Shown here: positions 26,676 through 40,943 of the stretch, piece after piece
Layout of the letters: each line of letters opens with the position of its first letter
Numbering within the stretch: the stretch's first letter is position 1
DNA from: Octopus vulgaris
Lineage: Eukaryota
NCBI GenBank assembly: GCA_951406725.2
Contig: OX597816.1
Span: forward strand, 169,818,001 to 169,882,000
DNA: 64,000 bases
Direction: 5' to 3'
Notes under the pieces: generated by a model
Database searches by the model: none
What the model was told of the DNA's origin: nothing
The model's input: the letters and a program-made list of their open reading frames with translations, nothing else
Program-made: the position numbers and the translations under genes

Positions 26676-27208
26676 TCAATATGACTTGTAAACATTCATG
26701 GAATAAGTAAATTCAATCTTAGAGACATGCGCATAAATATTCTTCCTAATATAAGCAAAAAGCGAGCAGTTTTGAGGGGAGAGGAGGGCAAATACCTGAC
26801 TGATACTTAATTTTATTGAATCCAAAAGCATTAAAGGCGAAGCCGACCTTGGCGGTATTTGAACTCATAAAGTGTCGCAAGAAATGTCAGCTCCCTCTCT
26901 TCACTAGGACATTAATTTAGCAACAGTGGGGGCAGGGATGAGGAAAAAGCTGCTCAAAACGTATCGTTTTGCCAATGTACAAGTTGGTAGCTAATAGACC
27001 AAAACGTTATTGTATCAGCAAAATTTATTCGAAAGCATTTAGGCGTATAATAATATCCTAAGTTATGTAAATGAAAACCTATTTCGAATTTATTACCAGG
27101 AGAAAACAATTATTAAAATATGCATACACACACATATATGAATGTATGTATGCCTAAACATGTATATAAATATATGCAGATATATATGTACGCATGTAAT
27201 TATATATA

Positions 27209-27285
<77 letters not shown>

Positions 27286-27430
27286 ATTGTTGTACTTCGG
27301 TATGGTCATTTTATGATTGCTATTATTTTTATTTTTTGCCAAATAATAATAAACAAAATGATCAGCCCGAAGTACAATAATATCAGCTTCAACACACGTT
27401 TTGATATCTTCCAAAACGAATTTGTAAACA

Positions 27431-27472
<42 letters not shown>

Positions 27473-27477
27473 CATAC

Positions 27478-27510
<33 letters not shown>

Positions 27511-27511
27511 C

Positions 27512-27555
<44 letters not shown>

Positions 27556-28567
27556 GTATATTTGTATATACATTTCTATCTATCTTTCTATCTGTTTCTC
27601 TCTATCTCTCTTTTTCGCACTATCTATATTCATATTCTGTTGCAAGCAATCCAATTTCATTCACATCCGCTTTTAAGAGTTAGCAATTATCTGTAGTTGG
27701 AGATAATTAGTATATTGTGATGATAATGGAAAATGCAATAAGCAGAAGGTAAGAGGAATTCATTGAACCCCCAAGAAAAGTAGAAACTCTGCTGTCGTAA
27801 TTATACTTTAATTCTTGTAAGAAAATATTCGTTCCCGGTCGTGTTCTGCTTTAAACTAATTATACGTTTTCATTCCGTTAGGCAGTTTTCCACAAATTAA
27901 TTGTTATATATATGGAGTAGAGAAATTTAATTTTATATATCCAGGAACAAAATTCATGAGGATACAGCTGAGGAACTGCACTTCCTTCTAACCTGTCGCT
28001 GCAATCTAACACATCCGATTAACGAGGAAAAAAATTAGTTTGACATTAACAAAATTATATTCAGTTTGCAGGATCGTCATTGACACGATGCACTCGTTCA
28101 TACAATACTGTATAAACATTTTACAAACTTTTGTCAGTTTGAGACGTTTACAGCGTTATTTAAAAGGATATTTTACCTACAACGATGGGAGATTGTAGGA
28201 AACATGGAATAAGTTGGTGCGCGACTTTTATAACGTACTCGATACTAATAATTTAATTACAAGGAATTTTGGAGGGCATGGTGAGTGGACCTCCCTTCGA
28301 AAATGACGTATAAGTGTTCAGTAATGAAGACAGAAGCTACTCTAACAAACATGAAGTAACAAGGGCGCAACATTTAGGCGAATGACCCGTTGAAATGGAA
28401 GGTTACAGGGTTCCATCACAGAGAATGACACATACAGAAAAATATACCATCTACACATAAGAATCCTACAATACAGTTCAATACAGTTTATTTTTTTTCA
28501 TTATTTACATTTTAACTGTATATATATAACAATTCTGCAATGTAGTGTTAATTATAGCAGTGTACGT

Positions 28568-28985
28568 ACTCTCTCTCTCTTTACTCTTTTACTTGTTTCA
28601 GTCATTTGACTGCGGCCATGCTGGAGCACCACCTTTAGTCGAGCAAATCGACCCCGGAACTTATTCTTTGTAAGCCCAGTACTTATTCTATCGGTCTCTT
28701 TTTGCCGAACCGCTTAGTGACTGGGGCGTAAACACACCAGCATCGGTTGTCAAGCAATGCTAGGGGGACAAACACAGACACACAAACATACACACACACA
28801 CATATATATATATATATACATATATACGACGGGCTTCTTTCAGTTTCCGTCTACTAAATCCACACACAAGGCTTTGGTTGGCTCGAGGCTAGAGTAGAAG
28901 ACACTTGCCCAAGATGCCACGCAGTGGGACTGAACCCGGAACCATGTGGTTGGTAAGCAAGCTACTTACCACACAGCCACTCCTG
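28568..28985 (-). mobile_element. SINE family B
   Basis: Full-length, near-identical to 26266-26675. Confidence 0.9.
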
Positions 28986-29064
28986 TACAGCTAAAATTTC
29001 TACAATATAGTTAATTTGTTTTCATTATTTACAGTTTTTATATGTAGAAGTACTTTCATTCAAT

Positions 29065-29170
29065 TTGCTGACTACGCATATGCATTTTGAGTCCTGAAGA
29101 AGTTTTACACAAACAACTACAAGTTGCACATGTCAGATTTTCAGCAGATTGCGCATAGCAATAGCTAGTT
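29065..29170 (-). mobile_element. Possible RTE 3' zinc-finger fragment
   Basis: LTCATCSCLCKTSSGLKMHMRS resembles the finger of the RTE at 1210-1283. Confidence 0.4.
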
Positions 29171-29850
29171 AACCCCCAACATTTGATCTGGCGGTAAAGT
29201 TTCAAGTGGCGAGCTGGCAGAATCGTTAGCATGCTGGGCGAAATGCATAGCCGTAATCCGTCTGCCGTTACGTGCTGTATATCAGCACACACCCTCATGA
29301 TGACACGCTTAGCCACACATATCTTCTCTCTGCATACACATACCCACACAGACACATACCACCATTCATATACCATCTTATCTCTGTGACATACACACCC
29401 AAAATCATTCTCAAATATTTGTCTCTTTTTGTGACTTTGTTTCTGACCCACGATATATTCGCACTCTTACACAAGTCTTCTCAGTCAAACTTTCTCCCTC
29501 CTCGCCTTTCCCACTTTACCTTACCACTGTTCCACATTTTCCGTCACAGCTTCTTTGGCCCGTGAACTCTCCCTCTCTCCCTCCCTCTCTCCCTCTCTCC
29601 CTCCCTCTCTCCCTCTCTCCCTCTTTTCTTCACACACAAAATTCACAAACATACGCACAAATACACCCACACTTTCTCGTCCTGTTTACTCATCCTGTTA
29701 CTTCCCATTCTCTTCAGTCTTCAATTGAAGTGATTTCCTTCCCGTCTACTAGTCCGTTTGCATACATATCAATACATACATACATAATAGATACATACAG
29801 CTATACATCCATCCATACATATATATACACACATATATACACACACACAC

Positions 29851-29912
<62 letters not shown>

Positions 29913-29921
29913 CTTATTTAA

Positions 29922-30053
29922 AGCAGAAAATTCAACAAAATCTGTTACTCTGAGTTTCTCGTTGCCGTTCATCAGACAGTTTTTGCTAGCAAAAACTGTC
30001 TGATGAACGGCAACGAGAAACTCAGAGTAACAGATTTTGTTGAATTTTCTGCT
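29922..30053. repeat. 132-bp palindrome between (TA)n tracts
   Basis: Centre GCT|AGC at 29987/29988; arms are reverse complements. Unique sequence continues to ~30137. Confidence 0.95.
29990..30039 (+). ncRNA. Type-I minimal hammerhead ribozyme fold (mirror copy on - strand at 29936-29985)
   Basis: Stem I CAAAAACTGT/ACAGATTTTG; core CTGATGA (30000-30006); stem II CG(GCAA)CG with an A.A closing mismatch; GAAA (30017-30020); stem III ACT(cag)AGT; triplet GTA (30027-30029). Confidence 0.75.
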
Positions 30054-30134
30054 GCTTCAAATAAAGCATATTACTCTACCACTGGTATTTGAGTACTCTT
30101 TTTCCACCTTGTTTCACATTTATGTGTTTACTCC

Positions 30135-30173
<39 letters not shown>

Positions 30174-30473
30174 TATATATAAATGAGATTTAGGATTAAA
30201 TCCAATTTTATAGTATAAATATATTATATTATATTATATTAAATTAGAGATAAAACCACTATTAGGCAAATCAAACAGTGAAAAACATAAGCCAATACAT
30301 AAAATTAATTTAAAATATAAAAGTTAAAAATAAAAAAATATTTAAATAATTTAAACTTATAAATTTTATATATATATACAAATATATATATATGTATGTA
30401 TGTATATTTTTATATTAATATATTATTTTAATTATTAATTAATTAATTAATTAATTAATTTAATTTATTTATC

Positions 30474-30531
<58 letters not shown>

Positions 30532-30532
30532 C

Positions 30533-30822
30533 ACGGACTCGTGGTTGGGTGTTGCATTCACGGTCTAGTGATCGTGGCTCCAATTCCTGGATCGATTTGT
30601 GCGTTGTGTTCCTGACCAAAACACGTCATCTCGCGTTGCTCTGCGATCACTTTGACACCTGACGCCTGGTACACACTGCACCTATTCAGTCAAAGTGGAT
30701 TTAATAGAAAGAGTTAGCTAATATGAGACACGGGCATTTGATCCACTATAAACAAATCATTTTTGCACGTCGTTCGGGGGAAAAACTGAACGTTCATACG
30801 TCGTCTTCGATGGGAGAGGCCA
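30533..30822 (+). mobile_element. Diverged tRNA-derived SINE (fourth family)
   Basis: Degenerate A and B boxes followed by GCGTTGTGTTCCTGACCAAAACAC, similar to the family A head. Confidence 0.5.
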
Positions 30823-31370
30823 TCATACATATAATATTACTATTATCCCGATGTATGCTGTTCCTGAAGAGTATGACAGTATATCAGCATATGAGATTTG
30901 TGATATTGGTTTCAATCATTCTTCCAATACATTATTGGAATCGACATGTCTAATCGCAGTGTTTGTAATTAGTTATCTTGAGACATTGAAATATACTATA
31001 TGAGAATTTAACTCTAAGAATATTTAGTAACATTTCAGATAATTTAAGGAGACAAGAAATAAGTATGAAATGTTGGCATATTAATTTCACTTATATATTC
31101 TATAATAATGTAATAGTGATTGTCAAATGTTATCATCAGTCATTATAGGTGCATAGGTCTGTTCGTATTTCACTTTAATCAAACGAAACCAAATTGTTGT
31201 AAACTAACTAATTTCATTAAATTAATTATACCCCACTGCAAATAATGAGAACCTTCCCTCCCGTTCATTACGTATATATATGCAAAACGAAACGTGTTAT
31301 ATTACGAGCATAAATATATCCATACATGTACATTCATGTATACTCTCTTACATTCATATACATTCATGTA

Positions 31371-31587
31371 TACTCTCTTACTTGTTTCAGTCATTTGACT
31401 GTGGCCATGCTGGAGCACCACCTTTTAGTCGAGCAAATCGACCCCCAGCACTTATTCTTTGTAAGCCTAGTCCTTATTCTATCGGTCTCTTTTGCCGAAC
31501 CGCTAAGTAACGGGGACATAAACACACCAGCATCGGTTGTCAAGCAATGCTAAGAGGACAAACACAGACACATAAACACACACACGC

Positions 31588-31618
<31 letters not shown>

Positions 31619-31779
31619 TACGACGGGCTTCTTTCAGTTTCCGTCTACCAAATCCACTCACAAGGCTTTGGTCGGCCCGAGGCTATAGTAGAAGACACTT
31701 GCCCAAGGTGCCACGCAGTGGGACTGAACCCGGAACCATGTGGTTGGTAAAAAAAGCTACTTACCACACAGCCACTCCT
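31371..31779 (-). mobile_element. SINE family B
   Basis: Full-length copy. Confidence 0.9.
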
Positions 31780-32282
31780 AATTATTTTGATATTTTTTAT
31801 GAGTGTATTTTCTCCTTAAATTTTCCGAGATGTTGCTAAATATTCTTAGGAAGAGTTAGATTCACATACAGTATATTTCAATACCTCAAGCTAGTTAATT
31901 AGTAACATCAGTTCAAACTATTTGTAACACCGCAAGTAGTAACATCAGTTCAAATTATGCACTGAAAAATCCCATATGCTAATATCCTGTCATACGCTAC
32001 AAGCATTCTTTGAGATATTAGTAATATTTTATTCTGAAATGTGATAACGTTTGAGCGTAAAGCGTTATGCTCAAATTGAAACAGGATTCTTATGCAAGCC
32101 AATTAAATTCCCGTTTATAAAGTCATGAATATCAGAACAACCTCTTCAGTGCTAGGTATTTCCTTTTTTTTTTTAAATACAATAATTAAAAACAAACTGA
32201 TTTTTCTAAATTTTCTTGCAGAATAAATATCTAATATTGTATGTGCCTTTATTAATAGTAAAATTGTTTTCCCTTTGTTCAG

Positions 32283-32430
32283 ATGTAAAAATCAACGGAT
32301 TTGCTCGGATGAAATGAAAGCAAGACAGTTCCTTCGACGTCACGATCCGGGTATTTTTTATTGCCTGTCCTACGCGTTTACTGATGACCGTCCATGGCGA
32401 ATTTCGGGTCTTAAGCCTTGTATGAGATGA
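32283..32430 (+). CDS. Zinc metallopeptidase gene, last coding exon
   Basis: TTTGTTCAG acceptor, phase 2. Encodes (I)CKNQRICSDEMKARQFLRRHDPGIFYCLSYAFTDDRPWRISGLKPCMR*. AATAAA at ~32447 and ~32507. Confidence 0.85.
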
Positions 32431-33647
32431 AATTTGCATGATTTCCAATAAAAAAAAAAGCTTTCGCAAATGATAACTGATAATTACAAAACACGAATAC
32501 TAATACAATAAAGAATATAGCTACGTTGACATGCATATTTATATATGGAAGCCACTTTATTTAAATTTAGTTCCTTTATAGATAGAAATGCTTACGGACA
32601 ACTTTACAAACTCAAACAACATATGGTTTTCTTTGTAATGGACATTAATGAAAATTCTTATATAAAGAAAAAAAAACAAAATGCTAATAATGAATATTTA
32701 ACCGGGACATTTCGTTGCCATTCATCCTTGATATGGCTTTCAGCAAGAATAGATGTGATATAGAACATTATAAAGACAACTTTGAGTTTATACATAGTCA
32801 CGGCTTAATATTGTAATAATTGTTATTGCTTGTTGTATCATATAATGAGACAATGTTTATCCTGTTGAAGCTAAGTTCTCGGCAAACAACGTCTCTGATC
32901 CTGTTAATAATGTTCTTGTTTGCAAGCTTTTATTTTCCTTTTTTTAGATAATATCACCTACAAAAAGAAGAAAAAAAAACAGTAAAGAAAAGAAAAACTA
33001 GGACACTTGTTAGTTTCCCACCACGTAATGAATTTAGCAAGATTGATAACAAATTACTTTATACGAGTAGGAATATAATTCACTAGTTATCTGATTTATA
33101 TTTTTATCATTCGGAGTAAATAGGATTTTTTCTGAGTTTATATTATGCACGCTGAAACTAAAGTACGAAGCCAAAACAGTTAAAAAGAAAATTTCGGAAA
33201 CTAAGTTGATAAAAGATTTATATTATACTTATTGAAATTTATACACTAAATTTATAAGAGGCAATAAAATAATAAAACTTTACAAAGAAAATAGAGTAAA
33301 TATATGACACGATAATCTTTATTAAAAATATGCTACAGAAAAGGAAAGTAATATTCGTCTATTTTACTCTAGCGAAACACTTCGTTTATTGCAAGTGCAC
33401 AAATAATATTTATCAAAAATAATTCGTTTTTCTGTTGAGATCATGAAAAAATAAACTAAAATTATCTATTACAGTATATCAATATTTTTCATAACATCAT
33501 AAAAAATAACATAAAAGAAGAAGCAGGTATTTCGGGGGTTCCATAGTAAGAGATTGCGTTAATATAAACAGTTCTTATCTATGAGATAACGTTTGCAATT
33601 ACAACATACACCTACACACACAGACAGACACACAGACACACATACAG

Positions 33648-33737
<90 letters not shown>

Positions 33738-33774
33738 CTGTGTCTGTGTGTAGGTATGTGTGTATATATATATA

Positions 33775-33998
33775 TGCGAGCTGGCAGAAACGTTAGCGCG
33801 CCGGGCGAAATGCGTAGCCGTATTTCATCTGTCGTTACGTTCCGAGTTACAAATTCCGCCGAGGTCGACTTTGCCTTTCATTCTTTCGGGGTCGATAAAT
33901 TAAGTACCAGTTACGCACTGGGGTCGATGTAATCGACTTAATCCGTTTGTCTGTCCTTGTTTGTCCCCTCTGTGTTTAGCTCCTTGTGGGTAGTAAAG

Positions 33999-34003
<5 letters not shown>
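33775..34003 (+). mobile_element. SINE family C
   Basis: Colinear with 17437-17672. Confidence 0.85.
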
Positions 34004-34039
<36 letters not shown>

Positions 34040-34747
34040 ATATTGCAATATTCAAGAAACTATGTATACGCATGCACATATATGAATAGATGAATACATA
34101 TGCCTAAGAGTACATATAAATGGTTTATGTCTATCTATCTATCTATCTTTAACTACGCGCACGTACACATATTTTCAGCGCGCACACATGTGTGCGTAAT
34201 ATCTAAGCATAGATTTTCTGTTTGTATACAACAATGTGCAGTGTACGATAGTCAGACATCTATTATACGCTTATATACAAATATATAAAAAAATATCTGC
34301 GTATCATACTCAAAATATATACACCGCTCATAGCCAAGGCACTGCGCTATTCATCCGAGAAAAAACAAAAACACTTACTTTGTTCAAAACAAAATATACA
34401 TATCGGAGTGAGACAAAAATCGTGCCACCAGATACATTTCGAATTTTCTTCAGCCTTTTCAATGACCTGTATTCTCAGCCACATGCCTAGACATATTTTG
34501 TTGTCTCCAAATGATTGATATGGTGAATACCCACCGGGTGGAAGAAGATTAAAGCTCCGTAGTACGCAGTTGAAGCAACATTAAACGAAATAGCCATATC
34601 TCTCTAACATACAATATATATATATATATATACACACAACTTATGCATAACAAAACTATTAAAATAAGAAATTCTAAAAGTACATATAAATGACTGTGTG
34701 CGGTTGTTTGTTTGTGTAGGTATGTATGTACATACTCATAGAAGGAT

Positions 34748-35470
34748 AGAAGGTGCACTTCAGATGTTTTCAGACGTTTCCAGGAGAGACATTTACTAAT
34801 TTGAAAGAAGTGCAAATTTATATATTTCCTTCAAAGTAGGATCTTCGGACTACAATACTTTTGTTGTAGCGTTCCACCCACTTCGTGAAGGTTCGATGGA
34901 AGACCTCCAAAATTAAGATTTCCTGGACTTTTGACATAGCATTTTTTTTTACTTTCTCAGTGTCTTCTAAACGACTGCCTCTGCAGTTCTCCTTCAGCTT
35001 GGGGAACGATCAAAAACCACAGGGAGCATGGCCTGAATAGTAAGGAGGGTGATGGGCACTTTCGATGCCCATCTCTGCCACAAACGCGACATTCCTATTG
35101 TTCGCCATTGTGCACACTGAGAATGCACAAATTTTCCGCATGTTCAGATCCCATATGCTTATTGTCTTTATAGACACAACGGTCTTCATCCAGAAAATTA
35201 CGAATTTTCTCAACGGCCTCTGATGTTCTTATGTCCCTCTCCCTCACGTCCCTCACCATCTCTCACTCGTACGCTACCGTTCGTTCCTGAATTCTTTTAC
35301 GAGCGAAAAACAAATGCTAGTTCATTGAGTTTATCTATAAGCAGTCTGGGGCATTTCACAAGTTTCTTTAACGCTTTTACCCCGTTTCACAGAAATCATT
35401 ATTGCATAGTCAGCTTCCAAATTGTCCTCACGTTTAGATTACATTCTGTAAACACCTTAATAAACATTGT
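34748..35470 (-). mobile_element. Decayed, internally deleted mariner
   Basis: ORF 35010-35213 ends AHHPPYYSGHAPCGF (HPPYSPDLAPCDF motif). Boundaries approximate. Confidence 0.6.
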
Positions 35471-35974
35471 AAAGTAGGGGTGTTTCCTTGGGTGTGTTCA
35501 AAATTTGTTACAACCATCTCCTACATTCTGGAATAAAAATTGCCAGGTCAGCTTACTATATATATATATGTATGTATATACTAGCGGGACCCTTGGAATT
35601 TGCACGAACCGATTAATAGAATATTCAGTAAATGATAAACTTTTCTATATATATGTATTTATGAATATAACGCATTGAAGAAAGGCGTAATTAAAATCTC
35701 TACATATATAATGGAATGAGATACTTAGGCAGCAAATACTAAAATTGCGTATATTTGCACTGTTCTATTTACAAATTCATAACAACACAGAGATACGTGG
35801 GACTGTCCACCATGTGTGCACACATCGCCAATGCTAATCACTCCCGTGGTACTCCAATTTTAGAGCCATGCCAGTTTCCTCCAATATGATTACAGAAAAC
35901 GATAGACCTACATATGTACAAAACTATATAATATATGCAACACGTAGTTTCCCCTTTCGAAAGATATTCATTAA

Positions 35975-36034
<60 letters not shown>

Positions 36035-36054
36035 TTCATGAATATCTATATCTA

Positions 36055-36162
<108 letters not shown>

Positions 36163-36197
36163 ATATATATATAGTTTATATATATATATAATGAATA

Positions 36198-36251
<54 letters not shown>

Positions 36252-36258
<7 letters not shown>

Positions 36259-36418
36259 ACGACCCATACCACTTCATCATCTTCTCCTTCCTTGTCTGTC
36301 TGTCTCCATCACTTTAACCTTTAAATCTGAGTGTTTGCATCAGATGTAAAGGTTAAAGTAATGGAGACAGACAGACAAAGAAGGAGAAGATGATGAACTG
36401 GTATGGGTCGTTAGTTTA
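36252..36418. repeat. Imperfect palindrome in (TA)n (79-bp arms)
   Basis: Arms 36252-36330 and 36340-36418 with a few mismatches. Symmetry extends into the flanking microsatellite (AATGAATATCTA at ~36190, TAGATATTCATT at ~36460). Confidence 0.9.
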
Positions 36419-36473
36419 TATATATATAAGCTATATATATATATATAACTACATATATATAGATATTCATTAT

Positions 36474-36550
<77 letters not shown>

Positions 36551-38715
36551 AGTATACCACTGCCCGTGACAGAACACTGCCTGAGGTAAGAACAATCCCA
36601 TCTTCACAAATATCTGCCCTTGTGAGTTGTTAATAGACATGGTATATGACAAACGGACAGGAAACTGGGTTCCCTCCAAGGTAAATGGCAAGTTAGGGTT
36701 GCTTGGAGACAGCTGTATTTTGGGGATGAGGACACGTCTGCCGATTAGTGAGCCGCTAATCAACGAAGCCTCGACTGAACGTTGATGTATAGGCACCACC
36801 TTCAGTGTTGTACCATTGCAGTGTCCATTCTGGATAGAAATGTTACGAAGAAGCATTACTATTGAGGTGGGTTTTAAACTTATGAAGAGTCATTATTGAC
36901 GGTGTCAAAAAGTGTAGAAATTCAAGTGGATAAGCGCTCAGCCTCGGCAGAATCATCGGTCAAAACTTCATCTCTACTATAATAGGTGCGGCAGTAAATT
37001 GGAAGTTGTCTCAAAACTCCTTCATTGATCAGGAGGCAGTCCGAGTTCTTTGGCGAAAGAATTACTCTGCTTCTTCTCTCTTCCTCATATGTATTGTTGA
37101 AGATGTCATCCACCAAAGCGCCTTCAACACATGAAATTCGAAGCACTTCTATGCCAGCAACAGCAAGATTAGGTTCTTGTGGAACTGCATATGTTCCATT
37201 GCCAAGATGCAAGAGTCATGCTGCAAGTTCCCTTTGATCTGCTGTTGTCCTGATGTTTTGGCTTAATCTGTATTGGATGCAGTTCAACCATAGGAGAATT
37301 TTTAATACAGATTTCACTAATTGCCTTACGTGTTCCTCTTGGCAATATGGGTAGGATTTTCCATAAGACACCCCCACCAAGAGCGCAACTTTACCACCAA
37401 AAACAGAAGCAATGCCAGTGATATCTCGCAAGGCTTTATCAATAGCAAGAAGAGCAAACGAAGGGATTATACAAGCTTCATCCAAGATTATTAAATCCAG
37501 GTTTCGTAAATAATTTGCATGGTCTGAAGTGGCTGGTTCATTATAAATGCTGACCTCCGTGAGTGGGACAGACCACTTGAACAAACGATGGATAGTCTTT
37601 CTTCCTCATAGTAGTGTAGAGGCAATGCCTGTCCAAGCACACGTTACAGTTGTTTCTTTGCAGATAAGAAATTATGGTATCAAACATATAAGTTTCACCA
37701 CAACCGCCTGGTGCAGCTACATAGAAACAGGAGGGGTTAGGCACCTCACCTCTCCTCTTCTTACCTACAGATTCAAGAACAGCATTAGTCATCAGTCTCT
37801 GTTCATCTGTAAGTGTTGCAATGCCTGGGTGATCGAGGTCTTCATGATGGTCGAGCTGCGGTACTCTAATTGATTCAGGCAGCCCAATTGCTAAACAATT
37901 AATGCCATTCAAAATCAGAATTGCATAAATTGAGTGCAGTGCCATGTTTTCTGCGTATTCTGCATTAAAACCTTGGTGCAAATAAATTTCGATCATGGAT
38001 ACCTTGTGATCCGTCCTCAGGTGAAGAGCATTTGCAGGGTTCATATACGTGCTCAGGGCAGCAAACATAACACGCAACTGTAAGGGCATCCGACAGGCAG
38101 CAGCTTCTAGCAATGCATGTCCCAGTGTGTCATCGTTTGAGAAGAGACCATATCTCAGGCATTCTGCCTTAAATAATGGTAGGATTTCTCCTTCAACAGT
38201 GCGCAAGTCCTGGAAGCTCACAGGGCCTGAAACATGTAGCAGCAACAGTCGAAAGGTAAATTTTTCTGTGTCTCTAGGTCTCACTGTATAAATTCTACTG
38301 ATGGTATTAGTATTCCTTTGCCTTGGTGTCCATGTTCTAGTGCACTTGTTAAACACATAATGTAGTGGAATGTCAAGGTACAAGTGGTTCTTTGCATCAT
38401 CATCATGCTCATACAGTTTGAACCATGCAGTGAGGGTAGTGTCACAGTCCCTCTATGCCTGAGCAGCTTCCTGAGCGCTGCCTCTGTGAAAGTAAACTCT
38501 TTGCTGGTCTTGAAAATGTACTGTAGACAGTGTGAGATGTGTCATGTAGCTTAAACTCTGACAGTCTCCACATAACTTCTGAAGGAGAAACATATTGGCA
38601 AGCAAGATAATTAGTAATTTCATCGTGAGCTTGAATCTGCTCAAAATCTGTCCCTGGGTTATCTCTTACTTCAACAGAAACACAGTCATGTCCCTTGTAC
38701 GCGTACTTGATGATA

Positions 38716-39115
38716 TCTTTATATATAAAAGAGAGGTTGTGTGCTGTCTGTCTCCTACGATTTAGATTCCTAACTACTCCCACATTTTGCGGTGCAGTTT
38801 AACCAAAACCGGGTATCTTATAGTCGTGATTCATATCGAGCCCTTCTGGGTATTAGTGCGCGTCTACGATGAGTCTACGATCTAAAAAAAAATTACAATC
38901 AATTTTTCCCATTTTTTAATGCATTTTTGGCATATATAAGGGAAGTAACTCTCTAAAATTTATTATTAAATCTCAGAACGTAAAAAGCTACAGTAACACC
39001 CCCCCCCACGTTTGTGGTTAGCCATATTGAGATGGCTATTATACTTTACATCTCCAAAAATGCTTATATAGTTATTTCCCTTACAAACCCGAGCAACGCC
39101 GGGCGATACTGCTAG
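38716..39115 (+). mobile_element. Non-autonomous Helitron (copy 2) nested in the autonomous Helitron
   Basis: TC...hairpin-CTAG with A|T insertion. Removing it restores NIKYIIKYAYKGHD on the minus strand. Confidence 0.9.
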
Positions 39116-39238
39116 TATTTAATGTTTTTCACGGACGAATACATTTCTCAATGTTACGGCACAACGTTTCTGTTGTCAACTGAATGACGTCCATCTTGAA
39201 CTGTGACTCCATTCAAATTCAGAAGCGCTTCATATATG

Positions 39239-39465
39239 TACTCTCTTTTACTCTCTTTTACTCTCTTTTACTAGTTTGAGTTATTTGACTGCGGCCATGC
39301 TGGAGCACCGCCTTTTAATCGAGCAACTCGACCCCGGGACTTATTCTTTTGTAAGCCCAGTACTTATTCTATCGGTCTCTTTTGCCGAACCGCTAAGTGA
39401 CGGGGACATAAACACAACAGCATCGGTTGTCAAGCAATGCTAGGGGGACAAACACAGACACACAA

Positions 39466-39535
<70 letters not shown>

Positions 39536-39688
39536 GACAGGCCTCTTTCAGTTTCCGTCTATCAAATCCACTCACAAGGCTTTGGTCGGCTCGAGGCTAT
39601 AGTAGAAGACACTTACCCAAGATGCCACGCAGTGGGACTGAACCCGGAACCATGTGGTTGGTTAGCAAGCTACTTACCACACAGCCTC
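39239..39688 (-). mobile_element. SINE family B nested in the Helitron
   Basis: Full-length copy with an expanded internal (TA)n. Confidence 0.9.
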
Positions 39689-40436
39689 TCTTGGGAATTT
39701 CTATTGACATGAGCTATTTTGCATGCGAGGTGAAGAAGGATTATCTGTTCCGCAAGGACCATGTATTATGCTTTTTTTTTTTACTAAATTATCAAAACTG
39801 GATCATCATTGGCATCAGGAATTTCAGCTGTGACGATCCTATCTATGTCTTCGCCGTTTCTGAGTTTGTCCTCATTTCTCAACACTACCAACATGTGGCA
39901 GTGGGAAAGACCTCTCTTTTGAAACTCAATGACATGGACATGAGCCACTGGTACCCCACAAATGTGTCTATCTTTTATGTCCCTCATAAGTTCTGCAAGG
40001 TGTGACTTGTACACTCGGGCAACTAGATCTGGCCTATTTTCAGGTGTCTCATTTTACTGCAGATTATCAACAATCTCAAGGCGCTTCGGGTTGCAAGTGT
40101 AAGTGACGAACAAGTCTGGCTTAGCATATTTTGAAACAATTGACATGGCATCCTGAAAATATTGGTGCATATTCCTTGGACTGGCTGTGAATGAGGAAGG
40201 CAGTATCACTGGAAGTCCTGGTTTAATATTCTCATCTGCTCCTGTGTTCAAATAGTTCATCAATCCGTTGTGCATTTCCACTTGCAACTGGGTCTGATTG
40301 TTCCTAAGATATTACAATTTCAACCTTCAAACTTGAATTATGTATCCACAACATATTGTTGAAATAATTTTCCAGTCCAGTGAAAAATACTAAACCCACC
40401 TCTGAATGCAAGACGATAGCTGTAGTATTCTTGCAT

Positions 40437-40675
40437 TACTCTCTCTTTTACTCTTTTACTTGTTTCAGTCATTTGACTGTGGCCAAGCTGGAGCACCGGT
40501 TTTAGTCAATCAAATCGACCCCAGGACTTATTCTTTGTAAGCCTAGTACTTATTTTCTCTGTTCTTTTTTGCCGAACCGCTAAGTTACGGGGAGGTAAAC
40601 ACACCAGCATCGGTTGTCAAGCGATGTTGGGGGACAAACACAGACACACAGACACGCACATACATACATACATAA

Positions 40676-40744
<69 letters not shown>

Positions 40745-40745
40745 C

Positions 40746-40780
<35 letters not shown>

Positions 40781-40943
40781 CATATATACGACGGGCTTCT
40801 TTCAGTTTCCGTCTACCAAATCCACTCACATTGGTCGGCCTGATACTATAGTAGAAGACACTTACCCAAGGTGCCACGCAGTGAAACTGAAACCAGAACC
40901 ATGTGGTTTGTAAGCAAGCTACATACCACACAGCCACTCCTAC
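40437..40943 (-). mobile_element. SINE family B nested in the Helitron
   Basis: Full-length copy. Confidence 0.9.

Noticed and set aside
28070-28200. Alternative last exon of the peptidase
   Set aside because: Its translation lacks family-like features; 32283-32430 fits much better.
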